A stretch of 32,000 bases of DNA, taken from contig DATNPL010000151.1 of NCBI GenBank assembly GCA_036703255.1, positions 1 to 32,000 on the forward strand. The letters are read 5' to 3'. Numbering within the stretch: position 1 is the first letter of the stretch; every line of letters starts with the position of its first letter. The position numbers were made by a program, and so were the translations under genes. Source of the DNA: Coleofasciculaceae cyanobacterium. Its GTDB lineage: Bacteria > Cyanobacteriota > Cyanobacteriia > Elainellales > Elainellaceae. Positions 13,930-22,402 of the stretch are shown here, piece after piece. The notes beneath the pieces were generated by a model. That model ran no database searches. It worked only from the letters and a program-made list of their open reading frames with translations, and was not told the DNA's origin.

Positions 13930-15891
13930 CTAAGACAGCCACTCTTCTACAGATGTCTCAGTCGGGTTGGCGTGGCGCTCTAAAGTTTCACGTTTGAATT
14001 TGAGGTGGATCGATCGCGTTTGCTCTCCATCTGCTGCGACTGCCATGACTGGGAGGTCAATTTCGCCATCCTGGAAAGATAGCTGTATGCGAAACGTGCC
14101 ATCAGGATTGAGCTTGATGGGCTGTCCGGCGATCGTCACATTAGCACCCGCTTCAGTAACGCCATGAATAATCAGTTCAGCATCGGCCACCATCCAGAAT
14201 TTACGGGGACGGATAGGAGGCATGGAAGCAGAGAAGCCGACACCCGACATGCCGATGCCAGACATCATACCGATACCGGACATCATGCCAACACCCGACA
14301 TCATCCCAATACCGGACATGCCGATGCCCGACATCATGCCGCCAATACCCACACCCGACATACCGATGCCGGACATCATCCCGATACCGGACATGCCGAT
14401 GCCCGACATCATGCCGCCAATACCCACACCCGACATGCCCACACCCGACAGCATCCCAATGCCCGACATTCCCGCTCCTGATGTCGTATACATGCCGATA
14501 CCCGACATCATGCCGATGCCCGACATTCCCGTTGCGCCCATGCCCGATAGACCTGCACCCGATAGCATTCCGATACCCGACATCCCGATACCGGACATCC
14601 CGATACCAGACATCCCGATACCAGACATCCCGATACCAGACATTCCTGCAAGACTGGCACCCGGCATCATGCCCACGCCCGACATGCCGACGCCCGACAT
14701 TAGACCCATGCCGACGCCAGAGGTCATGCTGAAGCCTGACATGCCGACGCCTGACATTCCCACGCCCGACATTCCCGCAGCACCCACACCTGACATTAGA
14801 CCCATGCCAGACCCCATGCCGATGCCAGAGGTCATGCCGACGCCCGACATTACGCCGACACCCGACATGCCTGCTGCGCCCACGCCCGACATCAGACCCA
14901 TGCCGATGCCAGAAGTCATGCCCATGCCCGACATGCCTGCTGCGCCGACACCTGACATGCCTGTCGCACCCGCTCCAGAAGCCATGCCCATGCCCGAAAC
15001 CTCAGACAAGGCTTGACCCGCACCAGAAGCCCATTGCCCCATGCCCGAAGGGAAAATGTAGGAACTAACAGCCTCTTCGGGGACTTGATGCATTGAACCA
15101 AACACAGATCCTGCCGATCGCTTTGATTCAGCCCCTTTAGCCAAAACAAATGCCGTTTCAGCAACAGGCTCAGCCACGCTAACCGATGTTAACTGTCGAG
15201 CAGGATGCACCAGTTTTAGGAAGGTTTTGCTGCGTAGGTCTTCATCCCAATCGATCGTAATGAATTGGTCATCAATCCAATCAGTAGGATAGACGGGCGG
15301 AATTCTTACGGATGCCGATCGCGCTAGTACCAGCCAACGACCTTCTAAAGTCAAATAGCCAATCTCAATCATGTAGTCGCGATCGCTAACGGGCACTGGC
15401 AAATACCACTCTCTAGCCAGCTCGTCACATTCATACTGCTGCAAGCTGTGGGGGCGCTGAACTTCTAGATTCACGTTAGTGATGTCATAAAATCGCAGCG
15501 CTAGCCGCACACCGCCCTGGCGACGCAGAACCTCTTTACTGGCATTGGAAACATCCCAATAGGCGTATGCCCACTGGGGATCACGAGGCATGAGCACAAT
15601 GCAGCTCTCCCCATAGCCACTGGGCAACTCTGGCAAAACTTCATCCACGGTGGCCAAAGCGACGCTAACGCGAGCGGGTTGCCCAACATCAAACTTTGCA
15701 GCCTCAACTTCTGCCTGGGCTTCTACGACACGGGCTGAGCCAGGAGCAGCCTGTAGCCGCTGAATTTCTTGAATAGCATTGAAGAGCTGGTCTTTACGCA
15801 TTCGGCTATAGCGGGAGATATTCAGCTCACTGGCAATTCGGCGGAGTTGTCGGAGGGTCATTTCCTCCAGGGGTGGACGTTGCGCTGACAT
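13930..15891 (-). CDS. Rho_N (SAP-like) domain + DUF4912-like domain protein with a ~270-aa Gly/Met/Ser low-complexity tract
   Basis: N-terminus: LRQLRRIASELNISRYSRMRKDQLFNAIQE (Rho termination factor N-terminal motif). CIVLMPRDPQWAYAYWDV... resembles DUF4912 (from memory). aa ~283..556 are (M)SG(I/V)GM repeats. The structured C-terminus is FWMVADAELIIHG... Confidence 0.8.
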   Translation of the reverse strand: MSAQRPPLEEMTLRQLRRIASELNISRYSRMRKDQLFNAIQEIQRLQAAPGSARVVEAQAEVEAAKFDVGQPARVSVALATVDEVLPELPSGYGESCIVLMPRDPQWAYAYWDVSNASKEVLRRQGGVRLALRFYDITNVNLEVQRPHSLQQYECDELAREWYLPVPVSDRDYMIEIGYLTLEGRWLVLARSASVRIPPVYPTDWIDDQFITIDWDEDLRSKTFLKLVHPARQLTSVSVAEPVAETAFVLAKGAESKRSAGSVFGSMHQVPEEAVSSYIFPSGMGQWASGAGQALSEVSGMGMASGAGATGMSGVGAAGMSGMGMTSGIGMGLMSGVGAAGMSGVGVMSGVGMTSGIGMGSGMGLMSGVGAAGMSGVGMSGVGMSGFSMTSGVGMGLMSGVGMSGVGMMPGASLAGMSGIGMSGIGMSGIGMSGIGMSGIGMLSGAGLSGMGATGMSGIGMMSGIGMYTTSGAGMSGIGMLSGVGMSGVGIGGMMSGIGMSGIGMMSGIGMSGVGIGGMMSGIGMSGIGMMSGVGMMSGIGMMSGIGMSGVGFSASMPPIRPRKFWMVADAELIIHGVTEAGANVTIAGQPIKLNPDGTFRIQLSFQDGEIDLPVMAVAADGEQTRSIHLKFKRETLERHANPTETSVEEWLS

Positions 15892-16441
15892 AAAAGATAC
15901 CTCCAGTTGTTCAAAAGTTATTCAAATATTGATTCAGAGTTAATAGCAAGCTTAAACAGTGGCGCGATCGCAGCAGCGACCGCCTCAATCCTCAAAAACT
16001 GCCCTAAATGAGCCTTTTGTGATGGCATGTCCCATAAGTAAAAATCACAGAGCTTGAGTTTTAGGAAGCAGCATCAGCTGAAACGTCATATGGCAAAAGA
16101 GTTAAACAGCACAGATTTAGACAATTCCATCGATTTTCTTTGGGATCGTGGGGATCAGATCTGTACCTTACATAGTGCAGAAAATACTCTCAGGAAGCAA
16201 GAGGCTGAGCTGCCTGATTCTAGAGCGTTTTATGGAATTGCAGGAAAAACGGGGATCGTAATGTCACGAAATCCTGACATTATAAATTTCGCCAACCTAC
16301 TGGTAAAACGATGTTCTGTTAGGTTTTCATGACATTTAAAAAAAGCGATTCTGCCTGAGCTATGATGGCTAATGGTGAGTATATTTACTCATTTGTTATT
16401 TCGCCGATTCAGTAAGCGTTAGAGGCTGCTTTGGGTAGGTT

Positions 16442-17176
16442 ATGCCGAGTCGATTAATCAGCAAGGTTTTGTCTCCTGCCATTCGGCTGTGGCTCAGATC
16501 TCAGGTAGAGTCGATCGCTCATCTGGCCTTTCAGATTGCAGGGAGCGATCGCCAGATTTTGACGGGATGTATTCCAGGAGTTGAGGTTACGGCTCAACAG
16601 GCCGTCTACCGGGGCATCCACATTGCCCAGGTCGCTCTGACAGCGGGAGAAATTCGGATTAATCTCAGTCAAGTTTTACAGGGAAAGCCTTTGAGGTTAT
16701 TGGCTGCGATTCCCATTGAGGCGGAAGTTCAGCTTTCTCAAGCGGATCTGAATGCTTCTCTAAAGTCTCCCTTGCTGGGTCAAGCTTTGCAGGAAACGCT
16801 GTTTCCCCTGCTGCGGTCTAGCCTGCTTGATCCCCATATGGAGCCGTGGGGCGATCGCCTCACCGATTTCCACTCGCCACAGTTGGTTTTGCAGGGCGAT
16901 CGCCTGATTGTCACCCTTCAGCTAATTGTTGCAGACCAAATTATCCCGTTTACGCTGCGGACAGGGCTAGCGGTAATCGAAGGTTCTCGTCTACGGTTCG
17001 ATCGCCCAGAATCGCTGCCCTCTCCCAACGCAGAGCAAGGCACACCCCTAGAGGCGTTTGAGCAGTATGAGGCTAATTTGGGAACAGAGGTAAATCTGCG
17101 TCAGTTGCGCGTGGAAAATGGACATCTCTTCTGCCAAGGGCGGCTCAACGTTATTCCAGAACCTATCCAGTCTTGA
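16442..17176 (+). CDS. DUF2993 (LmeA-like) family protein
   Basis: 244-aa ORF. The pattern ...QILTGCIPGVEVTAQQAVYRGIHIAQVALTAGEIRINLSQVLQGKPLRLL...DLNASLKSPLL matches my recollection of cyanobacterial DUF2993 proteins. The family call is from memory only. Confidence 0.6.
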   Translation: MPSRLISKVLSPAIRLWLRSQVESIAHLAFQIAGSDRQILTGCIPGVEVTAQQAVYRGIHIAQVALTAGEIRINLSQVLQGKPLRLLAAIPIEAEVQLSQADLNASLKSPLLGQALQETLFPLLRSSLLDPHMEPWGDRLTDFHSPQLVLQGDRLIVTLQLIVADQIIPFTLRTGLAVIEGSRLRFDRPESLPSPNAEQGTPLEAFEQYEANLGTEVNLRQLRVENGHLFCQGRLNVIPEPIQS

Positions 17177-17222
17177 ACGCCTAGCTGATAAACGCCTAAT
17201 TCGTAAACTCCTGCCCTATATC

Positions 17223-17624
17223 CTATTGAGCTGAGCTGTTTTCAAGCCGCAGCTTGGCTTCTTGCTCAAACCAAGCTAGCACTTGTGGCACGGTCAAGGT
17301 TTCGATCGCCCCATTCTCTCTGAGCGCAACCTGCTTGAGCGGTTTGAGTGATGAGATCACAAGCTGCGTAAAGAAACCCTTAAAGCCTTCATCAAAGGCT
17401 GGGTTGGTCTGAAAAATTGGATCAGCTGCAACCCAGTCAGCAATTTGCTGCGGACTCAGATCGGCGATCGCCATTTCATATTTTTGGGCAATTAGCTTGA
17501 GCGATCGGAGAGAGTACAACGCGACTCGGGCAGAAAATTTTTCTCGAGAGGTGAGTAAGGCTTTATCGACTTCAGCCACCTCCTCAAAGGTTAAAAACTC
17601 TGGCGGTGAAGGTTGATCAAACAT
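17223..17624 (-). CDS. Conserved hypothetical protein (133 aa)
   Basis: Clean ORF with an ATG start and typical codon usage. No family recognised. Confidence 0.6.
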   Translation of the reverse strand: MFDQPSPPEFLTFEEVAEVDKALLTSREKFSARVALYSLRSLKLIAQKYEMAIADLSPQQIADWVAADPIFQTNPAFDEGFKGFFTQLVISSLKPLKQVALRENGAIETLTVPQVLAWFEQEAKLRLENSSAQ

Positions 17625-17951
17625 AGTTCAAACGATGTCCTCAGATTTTTGCAAGTCCAGCTTTTGGCTTACTCATCGTAGGGGTAAACGGGGCAATTGC
17701 CATGATGCCTCAGGCATGTTCAATCAAGAGCTTTTTTGAGAGCGTGCGTCTCCGCCGCACGCTCCTAATTAACTGACAAAACTCCTGAAACCGTTATGCT
17801 TGAGTAGTTTGGGTTAGCGTCAGCGTCACCCAATAAAATCTAGCTATTGTTGGGTTTCACATTGTTCAGGTCATGATTCTTTCAAGTCATAGCTCTTTGT
17901 CGGATATGCTTTACCGACCCAATTCAAAATCATGACTGCTTGAAAACTGAC

Positions 17952-18311
17952 CTAAATTTTATTTAACTCTGGCACGGTCAGCTCATTTTGCACATTGCCT
18001 GTATTGAGTACCGAGGCAGGCTCAAACAGCATCACATGTACTTCTTCGGCCGCTACAGGGCGATGCTCAACGCCTCTGGGCACCACAATAAATTCGCCTT
18101 CCTTCATTTCAACGGTGCGCTCTCGGAACTCCATGTGAAAGCTGCCTTTTACCACCAAAAACATTTCATCTTCTTGCTCGTGATGATGCCAGACAAATTC
18201 GCCTTGAAACTTGACAAGCTTTAATTGCTGCCCGTTGAGTTCGCCTACCACATGAGGATTCCAGTGATCGTGAAACAGGCTGAGCTTATCTGCGAGGTTG
18301 ACCTTTTCCAT
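17952..18311 (-). CDS. Cupin-domain protein
   Basis: G.F.WHHHEQEDEMFLVVKG (motif 1) and GEFIVVPRGVEHRP (motif 2) are the two-motif cupin signature. Start taken at the internal ATG (MEKVNL...); the track ORF extends to 18347. Confidence 0.8.
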   Translation of the reverse strand: MEKVNLADKLSLFHDHWNPHVVGELNGQQLKLVKFQGEFVWHHHEQEDEMFLVVKGSFHMEFRERTVEMKEGEFIVVPRGVEHRPVAAEEVHVMLFEPASVLNTGNVQNELTVPELNKI

Positions 18312-18356
18312 TGTTTTATAGCCTCTTGGTGATTGCTGACTTAACATCGCAAACTA

Positions 18357-18384
18357 GGGTTTTGTGGCGCGCGCCACAAAACCC
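18357..18384. repeat. Perfect 28-bp palindrome (member 3 of the TTTTGTGGCGCGC family), downstream of sufR
   Basis: gggttttgtggcgc (18357..18370) followed directly by gcgccacaaaaccc (18371..18384). Confidence 0.85.
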
Positions 18385-18475
18385 CATAAAGCTGAATTTT
18401 AGATAAAAATAGGAGGACTTTAGGATCGGCTGAGCCTCTCAATATAAAACTCCCATCAAGCCTGAGCAATACTCA

Positions 18476-19153
18476 TCACGCAACCCTTACCAAATAACCG
18501 CACTGGTGTTCGCCGCCTACCATCCAGTGGGTTCGTTCTACCTTGCAGCCTTCCAGCGCCAGTTCAAACATTTCTAGCTCATGTCCACAGACGCTAGGAA
18601 ACGATTCGGCGATTTGAGAAATGGCGCAATTGTATTCTGTAATCACATAGTGGGGAGCCGCCATCTCTTGAGCGTCAATTCCTGCTGCATCAAGCTTCTC
18701 AGCATCGACCAAATGCCATTCTGCCATGTAGCCTTCGGCACGACGAATTTCAACCAAAGCCGCGACTCGATCTTGTAAAGAGCCGCTGCCTAGGCGATCG
18801 CGATACTCTAAGGCTTTTTGCTCCCACTGCTTCCGCAAAATATCGCTGAACTGTTTTTTATCGACGGTTGCCGCTAGCGTCGTCAGCAAGGAAACAGCAA
18901 ATTCGTCATAGCGATCGGGGAACTGGTGATGTCCGATCTGGCTCAGCTTATAGATATAGTTGGGACGACCCATGCCCACCTGAATGGTCTCATGATGAAT
19001 TAACCCTTCATCTTCCAAATCTTTGAGATGCCGCCGCGTGGCTTGAGCGCTAATTTCTAGCTGATGGGCAAGATCTTGTGCAGTGGCGTGACCTTGCTTT
19101 AGCAGGTGATTGAGAATGTGTTGCTTGGTGGAAGGTTGCTGCGTAGCGGTCAT
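18476..19153 (-). CDS. sufR: Fe-S cluster biogenesis transcriptional repressor SufR
   Basis: The N-terminal winged-helix region is ILNHLLKQGHATAQDLAHQLEISAQATRRHLKDLEDEGLI. The C-terminal Cys cluster is C-AISQIAESFPSVCGHE...C...C. The gene is divergent from the suf operon, as in other cyanobacteria. Confidence 0.85.
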   Translation of the reverse strand: MTATQQPSTKQHILNHLLKQGHATAQDLAHQLEISAQATRRHLKDLEDEGLIHHETIQVGMGRPNYIYKLSQIGHHQFPDRYDEFAVSLLTTLAATVDKKQFSDILRKQWEQKALEYRDRLGSGSLQDRVAALVEIRRAEGYMAEWHLVDAEKLDAAGIDAQEMAAPHYVITEYNCAISQIAESFPSVCGHELEMFELALEGCKVERTHWMVGGEHQCGYLVRVA

Positions 19154-19321
19154 GGCTGTTTTAGCTTCCAGTGTCTTAGCGTCCAGACTGTTTTGAGCTT
19201 TTGGGTGTTCTATCTTTCAGATTTTAGCTTTTAGATTTCAGGGGGCTACAGAAAGTTTTGGCGATCGTCTCAGAGCGTCCAGGCAAAATAGTAGACTAAA
19301 AAAGCTGGTTTTTGACTTTAA

Positions 19322-19335
19322 CAACTTTTTTGTTG
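19322..19335. promoter_or_regulatory. Candidate SufR operator 1 (CAAC-N6-GTTG)
   Basis: caacttttttgttg is a perfect inverted repeat of the form reported for cyanobacterial SufR sites. It lies in the sufR / ftrC divergent intergenic region. Confidence 0.55.
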
Positions 19336-19361
19336 CTAAAGTGCTTTAGAATGTACTTACG

Positions 19362-19375
19362 CAACAGCCAGGTTG
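19362..19375. promoter_or_regulatory. Candidate SufR operator 2 (CAAC-N6-GTTG)
   Basis: caacagccaggttg is a second perfect CAAC-N6-GTTG, 40 bp from the first. A TAGAAT -10-like hexamer (19347..19352) lies between them. Confidence 0.55.
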
Positions 19376-19431
19376 TTTTAATTATAAAGCTATTGGTCAC
19401 CCTCTCGCTCTATTGAGATGAACTCCTTGAG

Positions 19432-19794
19432 ATGAACACAACCTCACAAACCACCCAAGCATCAGATAAAAATTTAGAGCTAATGCGCAGCTTTTCCGAA
19501 AGCTATGCCAAGCGAACAGATACTTACTTTTGTGTCGATCCAAGCGTCACGGCCGTTGTGATCGAAGGTTTGGCAAAGCATAAGGATGATTTGGGCGCTC
19601 CCCTTTGCCCCTGTCGGCACTATGAAGATAAGGTCGCAGAAGCCGCTGCTGCCTACTGGAATTGTCCTTGTGTGCCCATGCGTGAGCGCAAAGAGTGTCA
19701 CTGTATGCTGTTTCTCACCCCCGACAATGATTTTGCGGGTGAGCAGCAAGAAATTGGCTTTGACGAAATCCGGGCGACGACCAACCACTGCTGA
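19432..19794 (+). CDS. ftrC: Ferredoxin-thioredoxin reductase catalytic subunit
   Basis: CPCRHYEDK...WNCPCVPMRERKECHCMLF is the CPC / CPC / CHC cysteine pattern of the FTR catalytic chain. The ~120-aa length fits. Confidence 0.9.
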   Translation: MNTTSQTTQASDKNLELMRSFSESYAKRTDTYFCVDPSVTAVVIEGLAKHKDDLGAPLCPCRHYEDKVAEAAAAYWNCPCVPMRERKECHCMLFLTPDNDFAGEQQEIGFDEIRATTNHC

Positions 19795-19969
19795 TTTTAT
19801 GTAGGGCGGACGTCTGTCCGCCTGAAGCAGCACTCTCATAGGTCTGCAATGAGCCGGAAGTTTGCCTCTCTGGATTTGAGAGGTCAAGATTTGAGGAGTC
19901 AGGTTTAAGAATTCAAGTTTAATCTTCTTTTGTTAGCGATCGAGAGAACACAGCCACCCCCCAGCCACT

Positions 19970-21406
19970 ATGACGACAACGGTTACCTCTTTAGTCAACC
20001 AACCTTATAAGTACGGCTTCGTCACTGATATTGAATCAGATGTGATTCCGGCAGGCTTAAGCGAAGATGTGGTTCGCCTGATCTCGTCGAAGAAAAACGA
20101 GCCTGAGTTTATGCTGGAGTTTCGCCTCAAAGCCTATCGTCAATGGCTAAAAATGGCAGAACCCAACTGGGCAGAAGTGGGCTATCCCGCGATCGACTAT
20201 CAAAAAATTATCTACTACTCGGCTCCTAAGCAAAAAGAAAAGCTCGGCAGTCTAGATGAGGTTGATCCAACCTTGCTAGATGCTTTCGAGAAACTAGGCA
20301 TTTCGCTTTCAGAGCAAAAGCGGCTGTCTAACGTAGCAGTGGACGCCATTTTTGACAGCGTTTCAGTGGCTACCACCTTTAGAGAAAAGCTGGCAAAGGA
20401 TGGCGTGATTTTCTGCTCCATTACGGAAGCGATGCGCGAGTATCCTGAACTGATTCAGAAATATTTGGGCAGCGTCGTTCCAGTGGGCGATAACTTTTTT
20501 GCCGCGCTCAACTCGGCGGTGTTTAGCGATGGCTCTTTCGTCTATATTCCTAAGGGCACGAAATGTCCGATGGAGCTATCGACCTACTTCCGGATTAACA
20601 ACGGCGACTCAGGACAGTTTGAGCGGACGCTGATTGTGGCCGAAGAAGGCAGCTCCGTGAGCTACCTCGAAGGCTGTACTGCTCCTATGTTTGACACCAA
20701 TCAGCTACATGCGGCTGTGGTGGAACTGGTGGCGCTCGACAATGCCGAGATCAAATACTCCACGGTTCAGAACTGGTACGCCGGAGACAAAGAGGGCAAA
20801 GGCGGTATCTATAACTTTGTCACCAAGCGTGGACTCTGCCAGGGTGCAAACTCTAAGATCTCCTGGACGCAGGTGGAAACGGGTTCGGCCATTACCTGGA
20901 AGTATCCAAGCTGTGTATTGGTGGGCGATAATTCGATCGGTGAGTTTTACTCGGTAGCGCTAACCAACAACCGCCAGCAGGCCGACACAGGCACCAAAAT
21001 GGTTCACATTGGTAAGAATACGCGCAGTACGATCATTTCTAAAGGCATCTCAGCAGGCCAGTCTGAAAACAGCTATCGGGGTCTGGTGAAGATTTCACCT
21101 AAGGCAGACGGCGCACGCAACTATTCACAATGCGACTCGATGCTCATTGGCGATCAAGCTGGGGCAAACACCTTCCCCTATATCCAGGTGCAAAACAACA
21201 CGGCTAAAGTGGAGCATGAAGCTTCGACCTCCAAAATTGGGGAAGACCAGTTGTTTTACTTTGCTCAGCGGGGCGTTTCGGCAGAAGACGCGATCTCAAT
21301 GATCATCAGCGGTTTCTGCAAAGATGTGTTCAACCAACTGCCTATGGAGTTTGCGGTAGAAGCCGATCGCCTCCTCAGTCTCAAGCTTGAAGGCAGCGTG
21401 GGCTAA
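19970..21406 (+). CDS. sufB: Fe-S cluster assembly protein SufB
   Basis: 478 aa. N-terminus [30 protein letters not shown] and the C-terminal GFC...LPMEFAVEA...L are typical of SufB. Confidence 0.95.
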   Translation: MTTTVTSLVNQPYKYGFVTDIESDVIPAGLSEDVVRLISSKKNEPEFMLEFRLKAYRQWLKMAEPNWAEVGYPAIDYQKIIYYSAPKQKEKLGSLDEVDPTLLDAFEKLGISLSEQKRLSNVAVDAIFDSVSVATTFREKLAKDGVIFCSITEAMREYPELIQKYLGSVVPVGDNFFAALNSAVFSDGSFVYIPKGTKCPMELSTYFRINNGDSGQFERTLIVAEEGSSVSYLEGCTAPMFDTNQLHAAVVELVALDNAEIKYSTVQNWYAGDKEGKGGIYNFVTKRGLCQGANSKISWTQVETGSAITWKYPSCVLVGDNSIGEFYSVALTNNRQQADTGTKMVHIGKNTRSTIISKGISAGQSENSYRGLVKISPKADGARNYSQCDSMLIGDQAGANTFPYIQVQNNTAKVEHEASTSKIGEDQLFYFAQRGVSAEDAISMIISGFCKDVFNQLPMEFAVEADRLLSLKLEGSVG

Positions 21407-21472
21407 TTTCTCGGTCGGGTGGGCATTGCCTACCCTGCTGTCCAATGGAATATCTTTACTAAAGCATTAATT

Positions 21473-21537
21473 GTAGGATGGGTTGGCGATCGCACAGCCC
21501 ATGCAGATTTTAGGTTTTGCGCCTCAACCTAACCTAC
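21473..21537. repeat. Short dispersed hairpin repeat (GTAGGTTGGGTTGAG family) in the sufB-sufC spacer
   Basis: gtaggatgggttgg (21473..21486) faces cctcaacctaacctac (21522..21537; reverse complement gtaggttaggttgagg). The architecture and core match the 26322/26409 element. Confidence 0.5.
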
Positions 21538-21613
21538 CTAGGGTTTCTATTTAATGAGTCCCAGCGACTGCAATGATGAGATGTAAGTGATGAGAGTTGT
21601 TAAAGGCTAGAGC

Positions 21614-22402
21614 ATGATTATTGATAACAGCAGCACCGTTTTATCCGTCAAGAATCTAACGGCTAGCGTAGGCGAAACGCCGATTCTCAAAGGCATGAAC
21701 CTGGAGGTTAAGGCAGGGGAAATTCATGCCATTATGGGGCCGAATGGCTCTGGGAAAAGCACTTTTTCTAAAGTCTTGGCGGGTCATCCGGCCTATGAAG
21801 TCACGGGCGGAGAAATTCAGTTTCAGGAGCAAAACCTGCTAGAGCTAGAGCCGGAAGCAAGGGCGCGATCGGGAATTTTTCTAGCCTTCCAGTATCCTCT
21901 AGAGATTCCTGGAGTTAGCAACCTAGACTTTTTGCGTGTCGCCTACAACTCCAAGCGCAAGCATTTGGGTGAAGAAGAGCTGGATGCTTTTGATTTTGAT
22001 GAGTTGGTGCAGCAAAGGCTAGATGTGGTGAAAATGGATGCCAGCTTCCTCAGCCGCAGCGTTAACGAGGGCTTTTCGGGCGGCGAAAAGAAGCGCAATG
22101 AAATCTTGCAAATGGCGCTATTAGAGCCAAAGCTGGCTATTCTAGACGAGACAGATTCAGGGCTGGATATTGATGCCCTGCGAATTGTGGCAGGCGGCGT
22201 CAACCAGCTTTCGACCGCTGAGAATGCGATCGTTGTGATCACCCACTATCAGCGATTGCTAGACTACATCATTCCTGACTACATTCACGTTATGGCTAAC
22301 GGGCGCATCATTCGCACGGGCGGCAAAGAGCTGGCTTTGGCGCTAGAAGAACGCGGCTATGACTGGGTGCTAGAAGAAGCGGCATCAGGAGCAGCATCAT
22401 GA
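21614..22402 (+). CDS. sufC: Fe-S cluster assembly ATPase SufC
   Basis: Walker [10 protein letters not shown], signature [13 protein letters not shown], Walker [13 protein letters not shown]. The stop overlaps the sufD start (ATGA). Confidence 0.95.
   Translation: MIIDNSSTVLSVKNLTASVGETPILKGMNLEVKAGEIHAIMGPNGSGKSTFSKVLAGHPAYEVTGGEIQFQEQNLLELEPEARARSGIFLAFQYPLEIPGVSNLDFLRVAYNSKRKHLGEEELDAFDFDELVQQRLDVVKMDASFLSRSVNEGFSGGEKKRNEILQMALLEPKLAILDETDSGLDIDALRIVAGGVNQLSTAENAIVVITHYQRLLDYIIPDYIHVMANGRIIRTGGKELALALEERGYDWVLEEAASGAAS

Noticed and set aside
14222-15016. 264-aa plus-strand ORF encoding PDMP/PDIP repeats (and sibling ORFs 14164..14481, 14481..14732)
   Set aside because: These are complementary-strand shadows of the Gly/Met/Ser repeat. 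The minus-strand frame is continuous with recognisable N-terminal (Rho_N, DUF4912-like) and C-terminal domains, and a terminator follows it. The plus-strand ORFs have no start context and exist only within the repeat.
16054-16332. 92-aa plus-strand ORF in the 550-bp spacer between the Rho_N gene and the DUF2993 gene
   Set aside because: It starts at TTG (or at an internal ATG without a Shine-Dalgarno sequence), has no recognisable motif, and sits in an AT-richer promoter-like region. It is not excluded as a small gene, but I cannot support calling it.
17741-17765. 9-bp-stem hairpin gagcgtgcg...cgcacgctc as a terminator for the cupin gene
   Set aside because: The T-run lies 5' of the stem on the plus strand, so an A-run follows it on the minus strand. 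No U-tract follows the hairpin in either transcriptional direction, so it is not called a terminator.
19480-19887. 135-aa minus-strand ORF and 72-aa plus-strand alternative-frame ORF overlapping ftrC
   Set aside because: The ftrC frame carries the complete CPC/CPC/CHC signature. The overlapping ORFs have no motifs.
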